Shown here in pieces: positions 1 to 7,517 of a stretch of 53,360 bases of DNA. Position 1 is the stretch's first letter; each line of letters starts with the position of its first letter. This DNA comes from Actinomycetota bacterium (GTDB taxonomy: Bacteria; Actinomycetota; CADDZG01; JAHWKV01). The notes beneath the pieces are model-generated. The model did no database searches. It was not told the DNA's origin and saw nothing but the letters and a program-made list of their open reading frames with translations. The DNA is taken from assembly GCA_035759705.1 (NCBI GenBank), contig DASTUJ010000193.1:1-53360 (forward strand). The letters run 5' to 3'. A program made the translations under genes and the position numbers.

Positions 1-207
1 GCGTCCTCCGACGAGGAGGCGGCCAAGCAGCTGGTGGAGGCGTTCCGAAAGATGCTGCCCGCCACCGTCGCCCTCGTGGCGCACCACTTCCGCCGGGTGC
101 TGCTGGCCACCGCCCAGGCCCGGATCGAGAAGGTGGGAGCCGAGCCGGAGAAGCTTGCGGTTCGAACCGAAGCCGAGAAGCGGCTCGAGCCCTCATGGCC
201 AACCTAA
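1..207 (+). CDS. 3' end of an unidentified upstream gene (partial at window edge)
   Basis: Frame +1 is open from base 1 to TAA at 205-207 (...AEKRLEPSWPT*). It overlaps the menG start by 13 nt. No motif recognised. Confidence 0.4.
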   Translation, partial: ASSDEEAAKQLVEAFRKMLPATVALVAHHFRRVLLATAQARIEKVGAEPEKLAVRTEAEKRLEPSWPT

Positions 208-890
208 AGGGCGAGCTCCCGACCGGAGAACAGAAGGTCAAGGCGGTTACGTCGATGTTCGACGCGATCGCCCCCCGATACGACCTCGTCAACCGGGTGA
301 TGACCTTCGGCATGGACAAGGGCTGGCGCCGGCTGACCGTCGACCGGCTTGAGCTCCCCGACGGCGCGTTGGTCTTCGACGTCGCCTGCGGCACCGGCGA
401 CCTGTGCAAACAGCTTCGCAAGTCCCGCCTCAGGGCGGTCGGTTTCGACATGTCGTCCGGCATGCTCGAGGCGGCCCACACCACCGCCCCACTGGTGCTC
501 GCCGACGGGCTCAAGCTGCCGGTGAAGGACGGCTCCGCGGACGGCGTGACCTGCGGCTTCGCGCTCCGCAACGTCGAGAGCCTCCCCAAGCTGTTCGAAG
601 AGTTCGCCCGGGTTCTGCGCCCCGGCGGCCGGGTGAGCCTGCTGGAGGTGTCCGAGCCGAAGTCGCCGGTCATCAAGATGGGCCACCACTTCTACTTCCA
701 CAAGGTCGTGCCGGTCATTGGGGGCTTGATCTCGGACCGCAGCGCCTACAGCTACCTCCCCCGCTCCACCGCTTACCTCCCGCCGCCCGACCGCCTGCTG
801 GAGATGCTGGGCGAGTCCGGCTTCACCGACATCGAACGAAAGGTCCTGGGGCTGGGGGCAGCCCAGCTGATCACCGGGACCCGGGGTTGA
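195..890 (+). CDS. menG: demethylmenaquinone / UbiE-family C-methyltransferase
   Basis: 231-aa ORF. N-terminal signature VTSMFDAIAPRYDLVNRVMTFG and SAM-binding motif VFDVACGTGD are typical of UbiE/MenG. Lies in the men cluster. Confidence 0.9.
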   Translation: MANLKGELPTGEQKVKAVTSMFDAIAPRYDLVNRVMTFGMDKGWRRLTVDRLELPDGALVFDVACGTGDLCKQLRKSRLRAVGFDMSSGMLEAAHTTAPLVLADGLKLPVKDGSADGVTCGFALRNVESLPKLFEEFARVLRPGGRVSLLEVSEPKSPVIKMGHHFYFHKVVPVIGGLISDRSAYSYLPRSTAYLPPPDRLLEMLGESGFTDIERKVLGLGAAQLITGTRG

Positions 891-2083
891 CTGGAGCCAT
901 ACGCTCCTCGACGGTCAAGCTGGAGGACGCGCCGGACCCGCATGACCTGATCCCGGCCGCCGGAGGGCTGGCCTGGCTGAGTGAAGCAATGTGCCTGATC
1001 GGCGAGGGGCCGTCGGTGGTCATTGACCCGGGCACCGGGCCCGACCGGTTCCGACGGGGCGCCGAAGCGGTGGCTGCCCTCATGGAGGGCGCCGGGATCT
1101 CCGACGAGGTTGACCTCCCCGGCACGGGCCCGGTCGTTTTCGGAAGCTGGACGTTCGACGAGGAGGCCCCCGGCTCCCGCCTGATAGTCCCGTCGACCGT
1201 CTACGGCTTCAGCGAAGGGCTTGCCTGGAAGACCACGGTCAACTTCGGATCGGAACCGCCCGCAACGCCCGCCGAGACCCACCGGGAACGCCCCGGCCTC
1301 GATCCCCAGGGGTGGCTGCGAGCGGTGGAGCAGGCGGTTGGGGAGATCGTCGCCGGCAAGCTCGACAAGGTGGTCCTGGCCCGAAAGACCGTGGTCGAGG
1401 CGGCCGAGGACATCCACCAGGGCGACCTCGCCCGGCGGCTCTCCGACGCCTACCCGGGGTGCTTCACCTTCTGCTTCGAGGACCTGGTTGGCGCTTCGCC
1501 CGAGCTGCTCGTTCGCAGGTTGGAGGATGTCGTGGACTCGGTGCCGCTGGCCGGATCCACCCGCAGGGGCGCCACACCGGCCGAGGACCTGGAACTCGGG
1601 CGGGAGCTGCAGCATTCGCACAAGAACCTGGGCGAGCATGCGCTGGCAGTCGAGACCGTGGTGAGTAAGCTTGCGCCGTTCTGCTCCGAGCTGGTGCGGG
1701 AGCCGGAGCCTTCGCTGCTGCTTCTCGCCAACCTTCAGCACCTGAGCACGAAGGTCCAGGGCAGGCTGGTCGGTTCGCCCAACGCGCTGATCCTGGCCGG
1801 CGCCCTCCACCCGACCGCCGCCGTGTGCGGGGTCCCGCAGCAGGAGGCGCTGGAGATGATCCGGGAGCTGGAGCACTTCGACCGGGGGCGCTACTCCGGC
1901 CCGGTGGGCTGGATGGACTCCCACGGAGACGGCGAGTGGGCGATAGCGCTGCGCTGCGCCCTGATTTCCGGCAACCGGGCGGAGCTGTACGCGGGAGCGG
2001 GAATTGTGGCGGAGTCGGACCCGGTGGACGAGCTGGAGGAGACGACCCTCAAGCTCCTTGCGGTGCTGGATACCCTCCCCTGA
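887..2083 (+). CDS. menF: isochorismate synthase
   Basis: Chorismate-binding family motifs GASPELLVRR, PLAGSTRRG, HPTAAVCGVP, RGRYSGPVGW and AGAGIVAESDP. The TTG at 887 forms a TTGA overlap with the menG stop. The ORF-track start at 404 gives an Arg/Pro-rich extension that overlaps menG out of frame. Confidence 0.85.
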   Translation: MTGAIRSSTVKLEDAPDPHDLIPAAGGLAWLSEAMCLIGEGPSVVIDPGTGPDRFRRGAEAVAALMEGAGISDEVDLPGTGPVVFGSWTFDEEAPGSRLIVPSTVYGFSEGLAWKTTVNFGSEPPATPAETHRERPGLDPQGWLRAVEQAVGEIVAGKLDKVVLARKTVVEAAEDIHQGDLARRLSDAYPGCFTFCFEDLVGASPELLVRRLEDVVDSVPLAGSTRRGATPAEDLELGRELQHSHKNLGEHALAVETVVSKLAPFCSELVREPEPSLLLLANLQHLSTKVQGRLVGSPNALILAGALHPTAAVCGVPQQEALEMIRELEHFDRGRYSGPVGWMDSHGDGEWAIALRCALISGNRAELYAGAGIVAESDPVDELEETTLKLLAVLDTLP

Positions 2084-2244
2084 TCAATTGTTCCTCCGAA
2101 TCGACCGCTCTCTCACGCAGGCTAGGAAACCTAGGAAACCGCTAGGACTCGGACCGACCTAGCGACTCCTAGTACCGTCCAAGGCGCCTCTTTCAGTGTT
2201 CCCCCATCGAAGTTTCCGTTGGAACACCAAGAAGGAGGAACGTG

Positions 2245-5208
2245 ATGCACCAGCAGCCCCAGACCCCGAGTTGGCCCGGACCCAAGACCTGGGATTGGGG
2301 GCCGTCGTACCGCCGCCTCGCCGCACTCGCACTGGCTTTCGCCCTGCTTCTTACTATCGCCGGCACCGCCGTTCCGGCCCTGGCCCTGGAATGCGGCTGC
2401 ACCGCCACCGGCGACTACAAAGCCCCCGCCGTGAAGAGGGCCGCCAAGCTGGAGTTCTCGCCCGGCGGCGGCAAGTACCGGCTGACCACCTCCTCCACGC
2501 CGACCGAGGTCACCCTCCGGGTCGGCCTCGCCTCCGACAACTCCCTGGTCAAGCTGGTCCCGATGTCGCTGGTCCGTGCCGACTGGGGCTTCAGCCCCGA
2601 CGGCGAGCGGTTCATGTACCGCTCGGCCACCGACACCCACATCGACCAGATCAACGTCTGGGACCTGGAGCACGACCGGCTGGTCCACCACACCACCACC
2701 ACCTCCGGATCCTCTTTCGGCTTCAGCCCCCACGGCCGCTGGTTCCTGATCAACTCCCTGCGCAGCCCCGGGCACGCCGACCTCGTGGTCAAGGACTCGG
2801 TGAGCGGCGACAACGCGCTCGTCACCGAGATCGGCTACGAGTCGATTCCCGGCGACCCCGGCGACACCTTCGGCGTCCTCGGCGGCGGATTCAGCCCCGA
2901 CGACGACGACCGCAGCTACGTCTACTCCTACCGCCAGCCGGGCGGCGTGGTGATGATGGTCCTCCGCAACCTCGAGACCCGCACCAACGTCCACGTCCAG
3001 TCCATGACCAGCGACTCGTGGTGGCGTTTCAGCCCGTGCGGCGACACCCTCGGCGTCGTGACCCAGCCCTTCGCCACCTCGGTTGAGGTTCGCCTGCAGA
3101 AGACCGCCGTCTCCGGCACGCTGGGCGACCTGAAGAGCTTCAGCCCCATCCCCGACCTTATCGACCTCGACACCACCGCCGACTACCACCGGGTGCTGAC
3201 CACCAACGGCGCCGGAGTTGTGACCGCGCACAACATCGCACCCAACACCGCAGACACCAACTGCCCCGCAGCCCCGGCTCTGGACCAGGTCTCGGTCAGC
3301 CCGGCCGCGGTCATCGGCGGACAGGCCAACTCGACCGGAACCGTAAAGCTGACCCTTCCGGCCGCAGCGTCGACCACCGTCAGCCTGAGCAGCAGCGACA
3401 CCGCAGCAGCCACCGTCCCGGCGTCCGTCACCCTGGCCGCCGGCGCCCAGACCAAGACCTTCACCGTTACCAGCAAGGCGGTTACCACCGCAAAGACGAT
3501 CACGATCGTCGCAACCTCCGGCTCGGTCACCAAGACCACCGCACTGACCGTGAACCCGCCGGCCCCGACCGCCAAGGTCTCCGAGGTGTCGGTCAGCCCG
3601 TCCCGGATCCCCGGCGGCCAGAACGGCACCGGCACCGTGACCCTGGACATGGCGGCAGGTAGCAGCGGCACCCCGGTCACCCTGTCCAGCAACCTGCCGG
3701 CGATCGCAGCGGTCCCCGCATCGGTGATCGTCCCGGCCGGCGCAACCAGCGCAACGTTCGCAGTCACCACCTTCCCGGTCGACGGTGACTCGCCGGTCGT
3801 CATCAAGGCCACGGGCGGCGGCCAGGAGAAGACTGCCCGCATCATGGTCCTCGTCGCCGACCGCACCTGCACCGCCGGCGCTTCCGACGAGGCAGCGCAG
3901 AGCATGGGCGCCCGGGCGTTCGCCGCCTTCGACGACGCCGGCACCGGCGCCGACTGCTTCCAGAACCCAGTACTGAAGAACGGCATCACCGTCGGCGCCG
4001 GCAGCACCGGCCTGGCCGAAGGCACCCCGGTCGAGCTGGTCCTGAAGGCCAGCCTGAAGGGAACCGTCCACACCAGCCCGCCGGTCGGCGACGGCGGCAG
4101 CCTGGCCGAAGGCGACGTCCGCTATCAGGTCTTCGACGACAGCGTCGAGGCACCCGAGGGCCGCTACCAGGCAGCCGACTTCCGGGCCAGGATCGAACTC
4201 CAGCAGCACAGGCTCTACCCCGACAACAGCCCAAACTCCTTCCGAGAGCAGAGCACGCAGATGTTCAGCAACGCATCGACCCCGCAGGAGATCTTCGAGG
4301 ACACCGAGTACCCCTCGGCCGACGCAGCAGCCCACTCGGTGGACACCGGTGAGATGGTCGCCAAGTTCACCACCAAGGTCGGCGCCCACCTCAGCCTCCA
4401 GGCCCGTCTGACTGCCGGCGCCAGCGCCTACGGCACCGGAGCCTCCGGCGTCGCGAACATGCTGAACGCCTTCAAGGCAAGCACCGTCCCGGCCGCCGGC
4501 TTCGAGGGCCTGGACCTCACCCTCGACAGCCAGGTTCCGCCGAACCGGGCCCCGGTCTGCACCAATCGTGACCTCACGACGGACGAGGACACGCCCCTGG
4601 GCGCAACCGTGGCATGCACCGACCAGGACAACGACACGATGACCTACCGGGTGATCACCGGGCCGGCCAACGGCACGATCTCGGCGATCGGCGCCGGCAA
4701 GGACTTCACCTACAGCCCCGCCGCCGACTTCTCCGGCGAGGACTCGTTCACGGTCAAGGCAAACGACGGCACCGTCGACTCGGGCCTGGCCACCATCAAG
4801 GTGACCGTGGCGCCGGTCAACGACGCCCCGACCTGCAACAACGGCTCAGGCACCACCGCCTACGGCGTACTGCTGGCCGGCGACCTGGAGTGCACCGACC
4901 CCGAGGGTGACGCACTCACCTTCTCGGTGACCACCCCGCCCGCCCACGGCTCGATGTCCCCGATTGGCGCCGACGGGAGCTTCAGCTTCACGCCGGCTTC
5001 CGGTTACTCCGGTGCGGACTCGTTCGCCTTCGAAGCCACCGACGCCGGCGGCGCCAAGGCGGCCGGACAGTTCGACATCACGGTCGGGGAGCCCGAGTTC
5101 GACCCGCCTGCCAACAAGAAGGAGTGCAGGAAGGGCGGCTGGAGGGACTTCGTCAACCCGAGCTTCAAGAACGAGAAGGACTGCTTGAAGTGGGTGCGCC
5201 AGCACTAA
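2245..5208 (+). CDS. large secreted or membrane-anchored multidomain surface protein (PD40-like propeller repeats, two ~95-aa Ig-like repeats, two cadherin-like repeats, Cys-containing basic C-terminal tail)
   Basis: AAGGAGG lies 6 nt before ATG 2245. N-terminal hydrophobic anchor LAALALAFALLLTIAGTAVPALA. Recurrent FSP(D/H/C)G motifs (FSPDGERF, FSPHGRWF, FSPDDDD, FSPCGDT). Duplicated VSVSP..GGQ..TGTV..L..VPASV..AGA..TF.VT units. Duplicated unit D.P.....CTD.(D/E)GD..T(Y/F)....P..G......G.F.(Y/F).P...(F/Y)SG.DSF. Tail KKECRKGGWRDFVNPSFKNEKDCLKWV. Confidence 0.8.
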   Translation: MHQQPQTPSWPGPKTWDWGPSYRRLAALALAFALLLTIAGTAVPALALECGCTATGDYKAPAVKRAAKLEFSPGGGKYRLTTSSTPTEVTLRVGLASDNSLVKLVPMSLVRADWGFSPDGERFMYRSATDTHIDQINVWDLEHDRLVHHTTTTSGSSFGFSPHGRWFLINSLRSPGHADLVVKDSVSGDNALVTEIGYESIPGDPGDTFGVLGGGFSPDDDDRSYVYSYRQPGGVVMMVLRNLETRTNVHVQSMTSDSWWRFSPCGDTLGVVTQPFATSVEVRLQKTAVSGTLGDLKSFSPIPDLIDLDTTADYHRVLTTNGAGVVTAHNIAPNTADTNCPAAPALDQVSVSPAAVIGGQANSTGTVKLTLPAAASTTVSLSSSDTAAATVPASVTLAAGAQTKTFTVTSKAVTTAKTITIVATSGSVTKTTALTVNPPAPTAKVSEVSVSPSRIPGGQNGTGTVTLDMAAGSSGTPVTLSSNLPAIAAVPASVIVPAGATSATFAVTTFPVDGDSPVVIKATGGGQEKTARIMVLVADRTCTAGASDEAAQSMGARAFAAFDDAGTGADCFQNPVLKNGITVGAGSTGLAEGTPVELVLKASLKGTVHTSPPVGDGGSLAEGDVRYQVFDDSVEAPEGRYQAADFRARIELQQHRLYPDNSPNSFREQSTQMFSNASTPQEIFEDTEYPSADAAAHSVDTGEMVAKFTTKVGAHLSLQARLTAGASAYGTGASGVANMLNAFKASTVPAAGFEGLDLTLDSQVPPNRAPVCTNRDLTTDEDTPLGATVACTDQDNDTMTYRVITGPANGTISAIGAGKDFTYSPAADFSGEDSFTVKANDGTVDSGLATIKVTVAPVNDAPTCNNGSGTTAYGVLLAGDLECTDPEGDALTFSVTTPPAHGSMSPIGADGSFSFTPASGYSGADSFAFEATDAGGAKAAGQFDITVGEPEFDPPANKKECRKGGWRDFVNPSFKNEKDCLKWVRQH

Positions 5209-5227
5209 CAAACTGCAGTAAGGAATT

Positions 5228-5252
5228 GCCCCCGGGATTCCCGGGGGCTTTT
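5228..5252. terminator. hairpin plus T-tract between convergent genes (likely bidirectional intrinsic terminator)
   Basis: Perfect 9-bp stem GCCCCCGGG / CCCGGGGGC (5228-5236 and 5240-5248) with loop ATT, followed by TTTTCTT. Sits between the stop at 5208 (+) and the stop at 5254 (-). Confidence 0.6.
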
Positions 5253-5253
5253 C

Positions 5254-6105
5254 TTATTCGTCCAGGTTGGCCGAAGGAGACTCCATGGGGCCCAGGCGGT
5301 CCCGGACCTTGCGAAGGGTGCCCGAGAGCAGCCGGGAGACGTGCATCTGTGAGATGCCCAGCTCGGCCGCAATCTGGGTCTGGGTCATGCCCTTGAAGAA
5401 ACGCAGGTGCAGTATCTTGCGGTCGCGGTCGGGAAGGGTCTTCAGCACCGACTTCACGCTGACCCAGCTCTCAAGCACCTCCAACGAGTCGTCCTGGATG
5501 CTCAGCCGGTTGAGCGGCGAGGACTTGTCCTCGTCGGTCGGGGCGTCGAGCGGCGTCGTCGAGTAGGCGTGCATCGCCTCGATGCCCTCGACGACCTCCT
5601 CCTCGGTGGACCCGGTGTACTCGGCGATCTCCTTGACCGTCGGCGAGTGACCGAGCATCTGGTTCAGCTCCGAGACGGCCCGCTCGACGTGAAGCGAAAT
5701 CTCCTTCACCCGGCGGGGGACGTTCAGCGCCCAGCCCTTGTCCCGGAAGTGGCGCTTCAGCTCGCCCACGATCGTGACCGTGGCGTAGGTCGAGAACTTG
5801 ACCTCACGGCCCCGGTCGAACCGGTCGACGGCTTTGATCAGGGCGATCGATGCCACCTGCTCCAGGTCCTCCACCGGCTCCCCGCGGCCGGCGAACCGGC
5901 GGGCCAGGTAGCGGGCAAGGGGACGGAACAAAAGGACCAGCTCGTCCCGGGCCGCAGCGTCGGGCAGGCGCTGGAAGAGCTCGTCGGCGATCTCCGCGGT
6001 GGTCGGAGGGAGGACCACGGTTTCTTCCGGCGCTTCGGGCGGAGCCTCGGGGGCTGCCTCCGGATCTGGAGGGGTGGACTCCACCTCCGGCGTGGGGACC
6101 ATCAA
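5254..6105 (-). CDS. RNA polymerase sigma factor, group 3 (SigB/SigF/SigG type)
   Basis: Region 2 (IALIKAVDRFD, FSTYATVTIVGELKRHFRD), region 3 (SPTVKEIAEYTG) and region 4 HTH (MTQTQIAAELGISQMHVSRL). ATGA overlap with the upstream RsbW-like gene. Confidence 0.9.
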   Translation of the reverse strand: MMVPTPEVESTPPDPEAAPEAPPEAPEETVVLPPTTAEIADELFQRLPDAAARDELVLLFRPLARYLARRFAGRGEPVEDLEQVASIALIKAVDRFDRGREVKFSTYATVTIVGELKRHFRDKGWALNVPRRVKEISLHVERAVSELNQMLGHSPTVKEIAEYTGSTEEEVVEGIEAMHAYSTTPLDAPTDEDKSSPLNRLSIQDDSLEVLESWVSVKSVLKTLPDRDRKILHLRFFKGMTQTQIAAELGISQMHVSRLLSGTLRKVRDRLGPMESPSANLDE

Positions 6106-6512
6106 GACACTTGCCGGTTGCTTTTGGTCAACCGAACGGCCGGGAGTCCGCCGTCCTCGATGTCCACGCTGTCCGACAGGGCCGAGAGGATCGTCCAGGC
6201 CATGGACTCCTTGATGTCTTCGGGGGTTTTGGACGAGGACCCGTCCCCGGCGACGGTCAACTCGAGCGCACCATCATGGAAGCCGATGGTCAGGTTGAGC
6301 ACCGTCGAGTCTGGGGACAGCTCCAGAACCTGCCCGCAGGCCTCGTCGACCACCAGACGGAGGTCGTCGATGGCGTCGATGGTGAAGTCCCTGGATGCGG
6401 CCGCACTGGCCACGACCGAGCGCAGTATGTGCAGGAACTCGGGCTGGGCAGGCAAAGAGACTTCGATGTCGCCGGGCAATGGGACTCCAGACTGTCTAGG
6501 ACGGTGAGACAT
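6102..6512 (-). CDS. anti-sigma factor, RsbW/UsfX-like (HATPase_c-like fold, degenerate ATP motifs)
   Basis: 136 aa. Start LPAQPEFLHILRSVV..., N-box-like LVVDEACGQV (lacks the usual Asn/His), then LELTVAGDG. Translationally coupled immediately upstream of the sigma gene. Confidence 0.7.
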   Translation of the reverse strand: MSHRPRQSGVPLPGDIEVSLPAQPEFLHILRSVVASAAASRDFTIDAIDDLRLVVDEACGQVLELSPDSTVLNLTIGFHDGALELTVAGDGSSSKTPEDIKESMAWTILSALSDSVDIEDGGLPAVRLTKSNRQVS

Positions 6513-6608
6513 ATACTAGCGGTGTAAATTCTCGCAGGACATTCGCAGGGGGCGGCCATCCAACTATCAATAGATTCCTCTTCACAGGATCCTTGGGTCG
6601 TAGTAAAG

Positions 6609-6905
6609 GTGGAGGGCGAGGTGGATCTCTCAAACGCCGCCGGGCTTCGGGACCACCTGATCGAGCAGGTACAGCAGGGCCACTACAATCTCGCCGTGGA
6701 CCTGACAGGGGTTGAGTTCATGGACTCTAGCGGCCTCGCCGTCCTCATCTCTGGCCTTCGGCGAACCAAGGAGCACGACGGGTCGCTGGTTTTGATCTCC
6801 CCGACCGCCTCGGTCAAGCGGGTCCTGACCATCACGGGCCTGGACCGTGTCTTCGACATCTACGACTCGGTCGAAAAGGCTGCAGCCGGCGCCTCCCCGG
6901 CCTGA
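6609..6905 (+). CDS. anti-sigma-factor antagonist (STAS domain, RsbV/SpoIIAA-like); the coding region probably begins upstream at a non-canonical codon
   Basis: GEVDLSNAAGLRDHL ... VEFMDSSGLAVLISGL ... VLTITGLDRVFDIY is a typical STAS core with the phosphorylatable DSSG motif. 6609 is the first canonical (GTG) start, but STAS-like sequence continues in frame back to 6528 (see finding). Confidence 0.8.
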   Translation: MEGEVDLSNAAGLRDHLIEQVQQGHYNLAVDLTGVEFMDSSGLAVLISGLRRTKEHDGSLVLISPTASVKRVLTITGLDRVFDIYDSVEKAAAGASPA

Positions 6906-6913
6906 CGCAGACC

Positions 6914-7321
6914 TTGTTTAGCATCTCTTTCCCCGCCGAGGCCGTGCACGTCAGCACCGCCCGCATCTTCTCCGCCGCCGTCGCCCGGCACTTCGGGGCC
7001 GACGCGGCCGACATCGAGGATCTCAAGATCGCCCTGACCGAAGCCTGCGGCAGCGCTATCTCCCACGCAAAGACCGGGGGTTCCGAGTCGGTGCAGGTTT
7101 CGGCAACTCCCGGTGCCGGGATGTTGACCTACGAAGTCAACGGCCACCGCCGGACCGACCTGTTGAATACGCCGGGCGGGGAGATCGAGCAGAGCACCGA
7201 GGAGCAGATGATCGCACTCAGCGCCGAGCTCATAGGCGCCCTGTTCCCGGATGCGGAGTTCATCGACAAGCCCGAGGGAACCTTCTTCCGTCTCTCGGTG
7301 CTCGCGTCGGGCGCAGGCTAG
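6914..7321 (+). CDS. second RsbW-like anti-sigma regulatory protein (degenerate HATPase_c)
   Basis: 135 aa with a TTG start 9 nt after the STAS stop. FPAEAVHVSTARIFSAAV..., N-box-like ALTEACGSAISHA. Same layout as RsbV-RsbW pairs. Confidence 0.6.
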   Translation: MFSISFPAEAVHVSTARIFSAAVARHFGADAADIEDLKIALTEACGSAISHAKTGGSESVQVSATPGAGMLTYEVNGHRRTDLLNTPGGEIEQSTEEQMIALSAELIGALFPDAEFIDKPEGTFFRLSVLASGAG

Positions 7322-7517
7322 CCCCGAACTTCCCTCCCACTCTTCGTGGGCGGATTCAGTATCTATCGGCAGATCTCAGGGAACTTTTAAAGATTTTCTC
7401 GCGCAGATAGTGATTTTCTTGCTACAATTTCAAACACTCACAGTGAGCAACTTCTAGCCCCCAAACCGATCTGCCGAACACGCCAATGCCCAAGGTCCTG
7501 CTTCACCTATGCCTGCT

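Noticed and set aside
404-886. ORF-track N-terminal extension of menF (start at 404)
   Set aside because: It overlaps menG out of frame for ~490 nt and is Arg/Pro/Gly-rich. MenF-like sequence begins only after 887, where a TTGA overlap provides a start.
2131-4389. 752-aa minus-strand ORF opposite the surface-protein gene
   Set aside because: It is a Gly/Ala/Arg/Val-rich low-complexity translation with no domain motifs or start context. It is a typical antisense shadow ORF of a high-GC gene; the + frame has the signal sequence and repeat domains.
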